Notes under the pieces: model-generated
What the model saw: the letters and a program-made list of their open reading frames with translations, nothing else
Databases searched by the model: none
Told to the model about the DNA's origin: nothing
DNA from: Bdellovibrionales bacterium GWB1_55_8
Lineage (GTDB): Bacteria > Bdellovibrionota > UBA1018
DNA length: 64,000 nucleotides
Assembly: GCA_001769835.1 (NCBI GenBank)
Contig: MEPR01000039.1
Span: forward strand, 56,101 to 120,100
Direction of reading: 5' to 3'
In this document: positions 1-9,184 of the stretch, one piece after another
How the letters are laid out: every line of letters begins with the position of its first letter
Position numbering within the stretch: the stretch's first letter is position 1
Made by a program: the position numbers and the translations under genes

Positions 1-521
1 CCCTGCTCTTTCAGCCGAAACGCGTACGCCTCGTCATTCAACCGCATTCCGCGGAACACTTTACTCTTCTTACGCAGATTCGGAGTCGCGGCAAAAGCCT
101 GCCGCAGCTGCTCGGCCGAAGCGTTCGGATTTTTCGCGAGGTGCTCCTTGCTCCAACTCAGGAAAGAATCCGTGCGGCAAAGAATCCGAGGATCGAGCAT
201 GAGATGCGCGCGCCGCTCGCCGAGGACTTCACGAAACCGAGGATAGATCATCTGCGGGAACATCTCTGATCCGTACCAACTGCGCGCGAGGTTCGTGACC
301 TCTTCGGGATGGGACTCCAGATAGGAACCGAACCGAGGATCGAGCCAATACGCTTTGCTCGTGATTACCTGGTCCACCAAAGCGGCAATTTCCAACTCAC
401 CGAGCTGTTGGATAATGCAGGGGTTGCCCGCTGACCATGCGCTCAGGCCGGGAACGCAGGCCCAGCACATCAAAAGCATGAAGATTGACCGAAAAGACAC
501 GGAACCCCCTGGTCGTATCAT
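1..521 (-). CDS. Hypothetical secreted protein, C-terminal part truncated by the window edge. N-terminus MIRPGGSVSFRSIFMLLMCWACVPGLSA looks like a signal peptide.
   Basis: Manual reverse-complement translation of 1-521 gives an open frame from ATG (521..519) to the window start with no stops. An in-frame stop lies immediately upstream of the ATG. Hydrophobic signal-like N-terminus. Absent from the ORF track, presumably because it is truncated. Confidence 0.4.
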   Translation of the reverse strand, partial: MIRPGGSVSFRSIFMLLMCWACVPGLSAWSAGNPCIIQQLGELEIAALVDQVITSKAYWLDPRFGSYLESHPEEVTNLARSWYGSEMFPQMIYPRFREVLGERRAHLMLDPRILCRTDSFLSWSKEHLAKNPNASAEQLRQAFAATPNLRKKSKVFRGMRLNDEAYAFRLKEQ

Positions 522-720
522 TCTAAGCGCGAAACGAAATCAAATATACTCCTGAACCCTTACATCGCGCCCATTTCCGGATTGCAAAAGTTTACGACAA
601 TGGCACTATTTTGACAGTTTCGTTCACCTGTTCAATTCGGATGATTGGACGTACCCACGGAAGGTCAGAGCGAGTTCGGAAGCTACCCCGTTCAGCTTAC
701 ACGGCCTTGAGGTTGTACTT

Positions 721-1638
721 TTGAACTACGGGACCCGCCCCTCCCTCATGAACCGGAACCCCCGACAGATCGGCATCGCTCAGGTCATGCTCTCCGGAGT
801 CTTTTTCGGCGTCCTTGGGGTTTCGGGTAAATCGGTTTTTGAAAATGGCGTGAAGGCAGGAGAACTGCTGAGCCTCCGGTTTCTCATCGCGGCCATCCTG
901 CTTTGGCCCGTTGTCCTGATTCTGTTTCCCAGACACTGGCGGCTGCGCCCGCGTGAGATCGCGCTGTGCGCTGGCCTGGGCACCGGGGGATATGCGCTTT
1001 TTTCCTCATGCTTTTTTCTAGCGCTCCAGGGCATGTCTGCTTCACTCACCGTCCTTCTGCTTTACCTGTACCCGATCTTCGTCTCCCTTCTTGCATGGAT
1101 GTTTTTGGGAGAGAAAATCCCGAGACAGAAGTGGCCGGCCCTTCCATTAGCGATGATCGGACTGGTACTTCTCGTCTGGGACGAATTTTCGGTGGAGAGG
1201 GTCAGTTCCCTGCTTCTTGGAGTCGGATCAGCGGTCTTCTACTCCGCCTACATTCTGGTATCGAGCCGGTTTCTGAAGGGCATCCCCCCTCTTGTTTCGA
1301 TCACGTATATTTTGAGCTTCGCTGGAATCGCCTTATCAGCGCTTCATCAGAGGGATCTGGAGCATGTCACAGTTCAACTCACGGAAAACTGGCGGGCAAT
1401 GCTTGCCATTGTTTTCTTGGGTACGGTCGGCGCCATGACACTCTTCCTGGCCGGACTTCAAAAACTAAAAGCCTGGGAAGTGTCGATACTCAGCATGCTT
1501 GAGCCGATTACCGGAATAGCACTCGCCGTTTTGATTCTCGGCGAACGCCTGAATTCGTGGCAGGGCATCGGTGCGGCCGGTATTATGGGAGCCCTCGTTT
1601 TCGTCTCGCTGCCGTCAAAACGCTCAGAGTCCGGTTAG
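721..1638 (+). CDS. EamA/DMT-family (drug/metabolite transporter) permease
   Basis: 305-aa ORF with about 10 hydrophobic helices arranged as two halves, typical of EamA duplication. Start may be at a downstream Met. Confidence 0.65.
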   Translation: MNYGTRPSLMNRNPRQIGIAQVMLSGVFFGVLGVSGKSVFENGVKAGELLSLRFLIAAILLWPVVLILFPRHWRLRPREIALCAGLGTGGYALFSSCFFLALQGMSASLTVLLLYLYPIFVSLLAWMFLGEKIPRQKWPALPLAMIGLVLLVWDEFSVERVSSLLLGVGSAVFYSAYILVSSRFLKGIPPLVSITYILSFAGIALSALHQRDLEHVTVQLTENWRAMLAIVFLGTVGAMTLFLAGLQKLKAWEVSILSMLEPITGIALAVLILGERLNSWQGIGAAGIMGALVFVSLPSKRSESG

Positions 1639-1649
1639 CGAGGAAGAAC

Positions 1650-2201
1650 TCACCCCTTGGCCTTGGAGCCGGAAAAATTTTTCAAGAAACCGAAATACTC
1701 GTCAGGATGTTGGTCGAATTCCAACGTGCTGTTGCAGGTTTTGCAGTGAGCTTCGGGTGCTTGCGGAGATCCATCCTCGTACTTGATGTCCTCCGGCTTG
1801 AAAAACTCGAAGGTCCGTCTCTTGCAATTCGCACACTGGTAGGGCACGCAGAATGAGACAAGCTTGCCGCGTTTTCCGAAAATGTTCGGAACAATGCCGG
1901 CCATATCGACAAAGGTTTCGCTCGCTTTTTCGAACCTGAGACTCATGCGCGGTTCGATCTTCTCAATAAAGAAGAGCCATGCGCGTATCCCGATGGAGTT
2001 CGCGGAAACAACGCCTTGAAGATCAAAAACAACTTCTTTGATGTCCTCGCTCAGCTTCGAAAGACGGTCAAATACAAGATCGAGCTTCGAATTTTCGTTA
2101 AGCGCGCCGATGGGCCGCAGCTCCACGGTTTTACCTTCAACATTCAGATACAACTCGACCTTGAATTGTCCATTTTCGGCGACGATTTCCGGGTTGCTCA
2201 T
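1650..2201 (-). CDS. STAS-like (anti-sigma-factor antagonist-like) domain protein with C-terminal 4-Cys zinc-ribbon
   Basis: 183-aa ORF. The N-terminal region resembles a STAS fold (…LDLVFDRL…VVFDLQGV…). C-terminal CxxC…CxxC (CANCKRR…CKTCNS). Confidence 0.4.
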   Translation of the reverse strand: MSNPEIVAENGQFKVELYLNVEGKTVELRPIGALNENSKLDLVFDRLSKLSEDIKEVVFDLQGVVSANSIGIRAWLFFIEKIEPRMSLRFEKASETFVDMAGIVPNIFGKRGKLVSFCVPYQCANCKRRTFEFFKPEDIKYEDGSPQAPEAHCKTCNSTLEFDQHPDEYFGFLKNFSGSKAKG

Positions 2202-2279
2202 GAGAACTAAGCTTTCAGTTAAACATATCCCGTGTCAAGCGCTCTTGATGCTCTCAATCTGAATTTGTTTACTTTCATG

Positions 2280-4244
2280 CTATTTTACAATAAATCTTCG
2301 CGTCGAACTCCACCCGCTATCAAGATCCTTCAACTGACTTCTGACCCGCCAGTGATAGGTGCCCGCCCGAGGCTCGAAGAACGAGTAAAAGTTATTTATG
2401 ACCTGTTCGTTCACCACCGTGGTCGAAAAATCCTGATCACTGGAAACCTGAATCTGGTAGCTTTTCGTTGCAAGGGTTCTCTCCCAGGTCAGAACAAAGT
2501 CGCCGTCCAATACGGCACCATCGTCCGGCAATTTTAATACAGGGGCGGCGAGTTCGAGCGGCAGATTAACTCGCCCACTGGTGATGACGGCACCTTCCTC
2601 AAGCAAGGCAGTCACTTCGTAGCTGTATTGCCCGCTGATTGAATCAAGCAAAAAGTGCAGCCGCGGTTCAGACGTTGCGCGGTTTTTGAAGACGGCCTTG
2701 GATCCATCAAAAAGCGAAACGCGGTATTCCTTGGCCTCCAGAATGGAGTTCCATTCAATGATCAGCGGAACTTTCTGCAGTTCATCGGCAGATCGAAGAC
2801 GGGTCGAAAGCGCAGGTGTATTCACCGCCAATTTCGGCAGAATACGCGGTGCCGGAACCGGACTCGGAACGGCAATCGGAAGCGGGCTTGGAATCGCCGC
2901 AGGGGCAGCCACCGTGAACTGGAGAGTCTCGCTCCAGGGTGAGACCTGTTCGTCGGGCAATACCGACCTGATTCGCCAGAAATATCTTCCAAGGGGCAAA
3001 TCGAGCCTTAAGTTCGATTGCTCTGTTACTCGAGAGTCTTTCTGACCCTGGAAGTCAGTGGAATCACGCGCGATCTGGACTTCCGTCTTTGCCTCGCCTG
3101 GAGCACGACCCCAGGACAGGCTGATTTCCAGATCAGAGACCTCGCTAGTCAGGGTCGTGAAACGCGAGTTGTTCGCCGGTGCCATCGGTTGAGGAGCAGC
3201 AAGGCCCAGAACGGAAAAGGTCATCCAGGAACTGGTGATCTGTTTTTGATCCGGGCTGTCGAACGCAAGCCGCCATTGGTATTTACCCGGTCTGACAGAA
3301 AGCGTTGCCTTCGCGCTCTCCGGATCGACCCTTTGTTTTGTCTTGTGATTTGTTTCAGTCTCTTGCACTTCCAGCGATAGCGTTGCTCCGGGAGGAACCC
3401 TGTCGATCGCTTCCCACTCGAATTCCGCGGGAAACGATTCTGCGATCGCCGGGTTGATGTATCGAGCTTCGCCACTTCCAGGCCTCAAGGGTCGCAGCGA
3501 TACATCATAGACCCGGGTTTCCTGCTCTTTCTGAATGACGGCAGTATGGCCTGCCGCCACCACCACCGCGGCTTTCGGCATCGCCGAGTCAGGCTTTTCC
3601 TCGGTGATCTTGATCTGCGACTCCGAACCGGTCGTTAACTGCAGTCCGCCGGCGGATTTCGGATCGACACTCAGTTCCACTGAGCTATTCGCTGAAACGG
3701 ATTCCAGCTTGTAATCCGTGTTGTTCGATTTGATTCTCAAGGGCGCCATCTTCGGTGTCAGCCGCAGTTTTACCTGGCCTTGCTTGATTTCCACAGTATG
3801 GCGAGCGGGGCCTGCCGCCGATCGATCCGCAAGGCGCGCCAGCCAACCCGATTTGACAGCCGCCCGTTCCTCCTGCTGAATCGTGATCAACGAATGAGGC
3901 GTGATCGCAATTTCAGAACCGGACGCCAGGCGAACGAGCGCGTGACCGGATTCTCCGGTGAAAACCGTATCTCCCAGTGCAACCTGATACTCCTGGTCCC
4001 CGATATCTCTCCAGACCCAGCTTTTCTCGGAACGCTGGCGCACGGCACCCTTCTCTCTCCGGAGAACCCCTGCTGACTGTGAAGGATCTAAAAGAGAGGC
4101 ATCCTCATTCCAGTAGGCCCCGTCGAGAACAAGCCAAAAGCCGATCAGACCAGCGCAAAAAAGGGTGATCACCCAAGCCCAATGGAGCGGGCCTGTTTTC
4201 AACGCATGCGGCAAGGGTGCTGTTGCTAGGGTCGTCAAAGGCAC
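2280..4244 (-). CDS. Membrane-anchored FecR-domain protein with several Fn3-like/beta-sandwich repeats
   Basis: 654-aa ORF. N-terminal TM (WAWVITLFCAGLIGFWLVL), then a FecR-like segment (GDTVFTGESGHALVRLASGSEIAITPHS), then repeated ~90-aa modules with a recurring '…YxWRxRS…' signature (YFWRIRS, YQWRLAF, YHWRVRS). Confidence 0.5.
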   Translation of the reverse strand: MPLTTLATAPLPHALKTGPLHWAWVITLFCAGLIGFWLVLDGAYWNEDASLLDPSQSAGVLRREKGAVRQRSEKSWVWRDIGDQEYQVALGDTVFTGESGHALVRLASGSEIAITPHSLITIQQEERAAVKSGWLARLADRSAAGPARHTVEIKQGQVKLRLTPKMAPLRIKSNNTDYKLESVSANSSVELSVDPKSAGGLQLTTGSESQIKITEEKPDSAMPKAAVVVAAGHTAVIQKEQETRVYDVSLRPLRPGSGEARYINPAIAESFPAEFEWEAIDRVPPGATLSLEVQETETNHKTKQRVDPESAKATLSVRPGKYQWRLAFDSPDQKQITSSWMTFSVLGLAAPQPMAPANNSRFTTLTSEVSDLEISLSWGRAPGEAKTEVQIARDSTDFQGQKDSRVTEQSNLRLDLPLGRYFWRIRSVLPDEQVSPWSETLQFTVAAPAAIPSPLPIAVPSPVPAPRILPKLAVNTPALSTRLRSADELQKVPLIIEWNSILEAKEYRVSLFDGSKAVFKNRATSEPRLHFLLDSISGQYSYEVTALLEEGAVITSGRVNLPLELAAPVLKLPDDGAVLDGDFVLTWERTLATKSYQIQVSSDQDFSTTVVNEQVINNFYSFFEPRAGTYHWRVRSQLKDLDSGWSSTRRFIVK

Positions 4245-4336
4245 TGAGATTCTCCGTGTCCTATTTATCGGGCGATCAACGAATTTCTTAATGAAGTTCG
4301 TCGATTCTGACGAATTAGAAACACAGGAGATAAGAT

Positions 4337-6208
4337 TTGATTTCCATCAGGCTAAAAATCCTAGCATTGCTTGTCGCCGCCCTGGCCATAAGCCTACTGA
4401 GTTACCTTTTCGTGGGAACGTCTCTGATCGTCAAAGACAAGACTTCCTATATTTACGATTACAACCTCGCCCAGGTGAAAGCGGCAGGCGACCAGATCGA
4501 CTCCCAGCTGGAACGGTTGCGCTCCACCTTTTTACTGATGGGGAATCTGGTGAATCCCGCGCTTCCGAAGTCCAATGCTGATGCGGTCCAGCGCTTTTTC
4601 AAGCGTCATCAGAATGCTCTGTCAATCGCCGGGTTCGCCATTTTCCGTCCTTTGAATAGCGAGCACTTCAAACCCGATTCCAATTTTTCAGATGACGCAA
4701 GCGCAAGACAAGCGGGTTTGGAAGCCTTGGGCTGGTCCCCCCTCTATTTTGAAAAAAACGAGTTTGCGACCGGCAGTCTGACCCCGGACTCCAAGACAAT
4801 TCCTGTCGGATTGAGGTTGGTGGATGCAGCCGGGAAGCCGTTCCTGGCGGTATCCCGAATTGAACTGAACCGGAAAGTATTCGAGAAGCGAGAGAGCAAT
4901 TTCAAACTCATGGTCGTGAATTCACGAGGCCAGCCGCTCGCTGGAACCGAGGGGTCACCAGCCCTGGACCCCGAGTCAGTCACTCTGGTGAACACCTTGC
5001 TCAGCTCGGAGTTTTCATCTGGTGCAAGAGATTGGTCCCGCGGGAGCGAAGAGTTCATCGTCGCCTATGAAAAACTTGCGAAGCTGGACGCAATGGTGAT
5101 CGGCCTGATTTCCAAAGAGGAATCTTTCCATGCCGCCCGCGCACTTGTGCAACGATCAATCGCTTTAGGCATCAGCATTCTGCTGATGAGCATCGCACTC
5201 ACTTACGTGTTTGCTCGCGGCCTCACACGCCGACTCAGCGAAATGTGGCACGCGACGCAGCGAGTGGCTTTAGGGGATTTCTCCGTACGCGTGGATGCAA
5301 CACGAGGCAAAGACGAGATTTCAGGTCTGGCCCTGTCCTTCAACAAGATGTCGGAGCGGATTAAAGAGCTCATGGCCGAAACCGCCGAAAAGGTGCGGAT
5401 GGAAAAAGAGCTTGAGACGGCTCAAGCTGTCCAGAACCGGTTCTTTCCGGAAAAAGGGTTCAGCCATCCGAATATACGCCTGGCCGGAAAAGCGATCGCC
5501 GCGACGGAGTGCGCTGGTGATTGGTGGCAGTACGTAAAAATCGGAAAACATCTTCTCGTCGCCGAGGGCGATGTCACGGGCCACGGCGTCTCATCGGCCC
5601 TGGTGACTGCTGCCGCCTACGGCGCGTTTTCCATCTCTGTCGGCGACATCGTCGAAAATGAATCACAGACCATCCACACCCCTCCGATGGATAAATTGCT
5701 CAAAAATCTCGATAGAGCTGTCAGAGCTGCCGGAGGCGAGCACGCCTCGATGACGATGGTTCTTTCCTCGATTGACCTTGAAACAGGAATGATGAAAACC
5801 CTGAATGCCGCTCATCGCGCAATTTACGTTTATCGCAAGAGCCCGGATGCGGCGAGTAACCCGACCAAGTCCTTCAAAGTGATCACCGACGGGCGCCTAC
5901 CCTCACTGGGATGTCAGATCAGTGACCTTCCTCCTCCCGGTGAGTTTCAGCTCGTTCCGGGCGATGTGGTGTTCTGGTACACCGATGGCCTGGTTGAGTG
6001 CAGAAATCCGACCGGTGAGTGTCTCGATCGAAAGACTTTGATGGCGACGATGGCAAACGTTGCTGAACAGAATGGATCAGATGCGGATCGCATCTGCGAC
6101 GCGGTACTTGCGGAATTCGTCCGGTTCCTTGCTGAAAACGCCAAAAATCCGGATGACGACACCACCCTGGTGGTGGCGACGATTCCGATGGACGCGAAAT
6201 TCACATAG
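4337..6208 (+). CDS. Membrane sensor with HAMP domain and PP2C/SpoIIE-type Ser/Thr phosphatase domain (RsbU-like)
   Basis: 623 aa. N-terminal TM, periplasmic region, second TM plus HAMP (…LTRRLSEMWHATQRVALGDFSVRVDATRGKDEISGLALSFNKMSERIKEL…), then PP2C signatures (GDWWQYV…VAEGDVTGHGVSSALV…DGLVE). Confidence 0.75.
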   Translation: MISIRLKILALLVAALAISLLSYLFVGTSLIVKDKTSYIYDYNLAQVKAAGDQIDSQLERLRSTFLLMGNLVNPALPKSNADAVQRFFKRHQNALSIAGFAIFRPLNSEHFKPDSNFSDDASARQAGLEALGWSPLYFEKNEFATGSLTPDSKTIPVGLRLVDAAGKPFLAVSRIELNRKVFEKRESNFKLMVVNSRGQPLAGTEGSPALDPESVTLVNTLLSSEFSSGARDWSRGSEEFIVAYEKLAKLDAMVIGLISKEESFHAARALVQRSIALGISILLMSIALTYVFARGLTRRLSEMWHATQRVALGDFSVRVDATRGKDEISGLALSFNKMSERIKELMAETAEKVRMEKELETAQAVQNRFFPEKGFSHPNIRLAGKAIAATECAGDWWQYVKIGKHLLVAEGDVTGHGVSSALVTAAAYGAFSISVGDIVENESQTIHTPPMDKLLKNLDRAVRAAGGEHASMTMVLSSIDLETGMMKTLNAAHRAIYVYRKSPDAASNPTKSFKVITDGRLPSLGCQISDLPPPGEFQLVPGDVVFWYTDGLVECRNPTGECLDRKTLMATMANVAEQNGSDADRICDAVLAEFVRFLAENAKNPDDDTTLVVATIPMDAKFT

Positions 6209-6947
6209 GTGAATGCCAGACCTGATTCGATCTGCTGAGTTCTCGCATCAAAAGTGCGCGAAGCTTTGGCTGGTATTTCGGAGGTACATCTACAAACTTC
6301 ACACCTAACTCGCACCTATCCTTTTTCTGTTCGGACGTACGAGCCCACACCACTTCAGCCTCCAGCGTCACGCTCGTCAAACGCAGACCAGGACCACTGA
6401 ATTGGATTTTAAGGCGGGTATTCAAAGGAATCGGCCGTTCAGTTGTGAGACCGGCGCCCATCATGGACAGATTGCTGATGGTACCTGCTCCAAACTGATC
6501 CACTGAAGCCTTCAACTTTGTCCGGACTCGAAAGGCATTCCGCGGCTTTCCAAAAACCTTCTCTGCAGGAGTGGAAAGAAGTGCGTCGAGCGCACCAAAA
6601 ATAACGCTGGGAGGATGAGCTTTGTGAACAGCCAGAAAGGATGGGTAGATCAACAGGTCCAGCAGGGTATCCGCTTTTTCATCGGCCACTAAAATGGTCG
6701 GCACATCCTCTTCGCAACGCTTCAATGCGTGGACAAGGTGCGCGCCGTTGATTCGCGGCATTTCGAAGGCTGTCACGACACCGGCGAAGAATCTGGGATA
6801 AAAAAGAGCCAGCGCTTCAAAACCATCCGATGCCTCAATGGCATGGAAACCTGCGGCTTCAAATTCATTACAGATCGCTATTCTGGATACAGGATCGTTG
6901 TGCGCAACCAAAACAACACGAGCAGGCTCGGGCGAGCGGTCATCCAT
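6201..6947 (-). CDS. Receiver-like (REC) domain fused to C-terminal PilZ domain. The receiver appears degenerate.
   Basis: 248 aa. N-terminal CheY-like fold, but by-eye alignment puts A/H/A at the D12/D13/D57 positions. C-terminal PilZ-like region (…RNAFRVRTKL…, DQFGAGTISNLSMMGAGL). Confidence 0.55.
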   Translation of the reverse strand: MDDRSPEPARVVLVAHNDPVSRIAICNEFEAAGFHAIEASDGFEALALFYPRFFAGVVTAFEMPRINGAHLVHALKRCEEDVPTILVADEKADTLLDLLIYPSFLAVHKAHPPSVIFGALDALLSTPAEKVFGKPRNAFRVRTKLKASVDQFGAGTISNLSMMGAGLTTERPIPLNTRLKIQFSGPGLRLTSVTLEAEVVWARTSEQKKDRCELGVKFVDVPPKYQPKLRALLMRELSRSNQVWHSPM

Positions 6948-7087
6948 AGACCCCTTTCGGATGAAAACCGGAATTTTTTTAGGACTTAGTCCAAACCGAA
7001 ATTCCGGTCGAAGAAATGAGCTTCAATTCCCGCTTCCTATGACCCATTCAACTGCAATGATTAATGGAATTCAGCCCTACCCTCTGA

Positions 7088-7786
7088 TCAAAACTGGCAA
7101 TGCCAGATTCCGGTACATTCCCGAAGGATAGCGCCGCCATTTGCCTCCATAAGAAGCGGAAACCTTTTCCCGAAGAATGCTTCGGTCAAAGCATCGGCCT
7201 GCTCTTTTGAATCAAAGCGATAATCGGTTCGTATCCAATTTCGTGCAAACCCGAACTCGCGTTCAAGAAACGAGTAATATTCGAAGAGCCTTTCATTGGG
7301 CTCCACCGGCAACTCATGTCCCGTACCCAGTGTCTCCAAAATGATAGCGAACCCCGACGGCCGGCTAATTCGTTCCATCTCTTTCACCGCTGATGCAACA
7401 TGCTCTTTCCAGGCATCGGGATACCAGGAAGTGCAATGTCCGAATGTCCAACCCGCAATTGTCAGATCCGCCGAAGCATCTTCGACCGGAATGGCTCTAT
7501 TTTCGCCGACTCGCCACGAAACATTCTCAATTCCAAGCACGCCAAGTCTGGCGCGTCCCTCATCGATCATCGCTGGATAAGCATCAAAGGCATGAATGAA
7601 TTTGCATCTTGGAGCAATCAGTCTGGTGAGACGTCCTGTTCCGGCACCGAATTCGACAACCTCTTTCTGAGCAAGCGGGGAGATTCGTTCTATAGCGGGG
7701 AGAATATTCCCCTGAAAGTCCTCCCGATAGACGAGAGCTTCATAGGTCTTCGCATGAGATTCATAGACTTTTTTGTATCGAGGCAT
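7088..7786 (-). CDS. Class I SAM-dependent methyltransferase
   Basis: 232 aa with a glycine-rich SAM-binding motif I (VVEFGAGTGRLT) and an acidic motif II (FDAY). Confidence 0.65.
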   Translation of the reverse strand: MPRYKKVYESHAKTYEALVYREDFQGNILPAIERISPLAQKEVVEFGAGTGRLTRLIAPRCKFIHAFDAYPAMIDEGRARLGVLGIENVSWRVGENRAIPVEDASADLTIAGWTFGHCTSWYPDAWKEHVASAVKEMERISRPSGFAIILETLGTGHELPVEPNERLFEYYSFLEREFGFARNWIRTDYRFDSKEQADALTEAFFGKRFPLLMEANGGAILRECTGIWHCQF

Positions 7787-7810
7787 CTATTCAGGATCTA
7801 TAGCCCGGAA

Positions 7811-7847
7811 ACAAAAAAGGCCAGGTCCGAAGACCTGGCCTTATTTC
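7811..7847 (-). terminator. Rho-independent terminator downstream of tRNA-Asp: a 10-bp GC-rich hairpin followed by a T6 run on the minus strand
   Basis: aaaaaaGGCCAGGTCcgaaGACCTGGCCttattt. Perfect stem AGGCCAGGTC/GACCTGGCCT. Reads as hairpin + TTTTTT on the minus strand and hairpin + TTATTT on the plus strand. Confidence 0.55.
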
Positions 7848-7860
7848 ACGTCTTAGTAAA

Positions 7861-7937
7861 TGGCGGGAGCGATGGGACTCGAACCCACGACCTTCGCCGT
7901 GACAGGGCGACATTGTAACCGACTCAACTACGCCCCC
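7861..7937 (-). tRNA. tRNA-Asp (anticodon GTC), 77 nt including encoded CCA
   Basis: Reverse complement is GGGGGCGTAGTTGAGTCGGTTACAATGTCGCCCTGTCACGGCGAAGGTCGTGGGTTCGAGTCCCATCGCTCCCGCCA. It has a cloverleaf with a 7-bp acceptor stem, a D-arm, the anticodon loop CTGTCAC, a T-arm GGTTCGAGTCC and a CCA end. It is near-identical in layout to canonical bacterial tRNA-Asp. Confidence 0.9.
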
Positions 7938-8016
7938 GCATTTCACTGACGTGAGATAATCAAGTAATCGAACCCCAAACTCTTGTCAACCGACAAAACT
8001 GAAGTTGAAAACGAAA

Positions 8017-9184
8017 CTATTCGAGATCCGCTCCGCCGCCCCGGGCCCATTCACCCGTGATCCGGCAGGTCAGGAAGGATTTGATATACCCGTCCAAATC
8101 GCCATCAAGGACCTTGTCGGCAACCGGCATTGTAAAGCCTGTCCGATGATCTTTTACCATTTTATACGGATGCAACACATAGGAGCGGATCTGACTGCCC
8201 CAGGCGATATCCATTTTGGAATCTTCAATGGCTGCCTGCTTCTTCCGCTCTTCTTCCAAATGGCGCTCGTAAAGTCGTGAACGCAGAACTTTCATGGCCA
8301 GGTCTTTATTTTTGATCTGCGAACGTTCCTGCTGACAGGTCACGACCAGGCCGGATGGATGATGGGTGATCCGGACCGCTGAATCGGTCGTATTCACGCC
8401 CTGCCCCCCCTTGCCGCCTGCACGATAGACATCGATGCGAAGGTCGGCCGGGTTGATGACAACCTCGAAGTCATCGTCGATTTCGGGACTGACGAAGACA
8501 CTGGAGAACGAGGTATGGCGACGTGCGTTCGAATCAAAAGGAGAGATTCTGACCAGGCGATGCACGCCGGCTTCGGACTTCAAAAGCCCATAAGCATACG
8601 GACCGCTGATCGTCAGAGTTGCGCTCTTGATTCCCGCTTCTTCGCCCTGCTGCGCATCAAGCAGTTCAACTTTGAATCCTTTTGCCTGGCCCCAACGTTG
8701 GTACATCCGAAGGAGCATCTGCGCCCAGTCCTGAGACTCCGTCCCGCCCGCGCCGGCATTGATCGTCACAATGGCGTTTTTGGGGTCTTGCTCTTCAGCA
8801 AGCATCTTGTGGAATTCAACTTTTTCAAATTGATCGGCGAGGCTTGTAATCAGGGCCGAAACCTCGCGCATGCTGCTTTCGTCGTTTTCCGACTGAGCGA
8901 GCTCGTAAAGCGTTTCAGCGTCGCTCAAGCCGGTCTGCAGCTCGTGAAATTCACGAACCTCGTCCTCAAGGCGTGTTTTTTCCGTGGTGAGGGTGCGGGC
9001 GCGACGGTTGTCGTTCCAGAAGCCCTCCTGGGTGCTTAAATCGGCAAGTTCTTCGATCCGGCGAGTTTTGACCGGGAGGTCAAAGAGAGTCTCGTAGGAA
9101 ATCGAGCTTCTGGCGCATCGTCGCCAGCCGCTCGCGGATTTCATGGGGGGCAAGAATCGATGTGCCCGTCTGCTGTAAGTTCAT
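8017..9184 (-). CDS. prfB: Peptide chain release factor 2 (RF2) with a programmed +1 ribosomal frameshift
   Basis: The ORF-track entry 8017..9153 is the post-shift frame, carrying the RF2 hallmarks SPF and GGQ (…RISPFDSNARRHTSFSSV…, …AGGKGGQGVNTTDSAVRITH…). Frame 0 from ATG 9184 reads MNLQQTGTSILAPHEIRERLATMRQKLDFLRDSL and then hits in-frame TGA at 9082..9080 inside CTT TGA C, the classic prfB shift site. Confidence 0.9.

Noticed and set aside
355-555. ORF-track CDS, 66 aa, plus strand
   Set aside because: It lies entirely within and antisense to the better-supported minus-strand signal-peptide ORF (1..521), and has no RBS or recognisable features.
966-1502. 178-aa plus-strand ORF in an alternative frame inside the EamA gene
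   Set aside because: Same-strand out-of-frame shadow of a clearly membrane-protein-coding frame. Pro/Arg/Ser-rich composition typical of high-GC shadow ORFs.
8515-9039. 174-aa plus-strand ORF antisense to prfB
   Set aside because: Antisense shadow within a highly conserved housekeeping gene, with no features.
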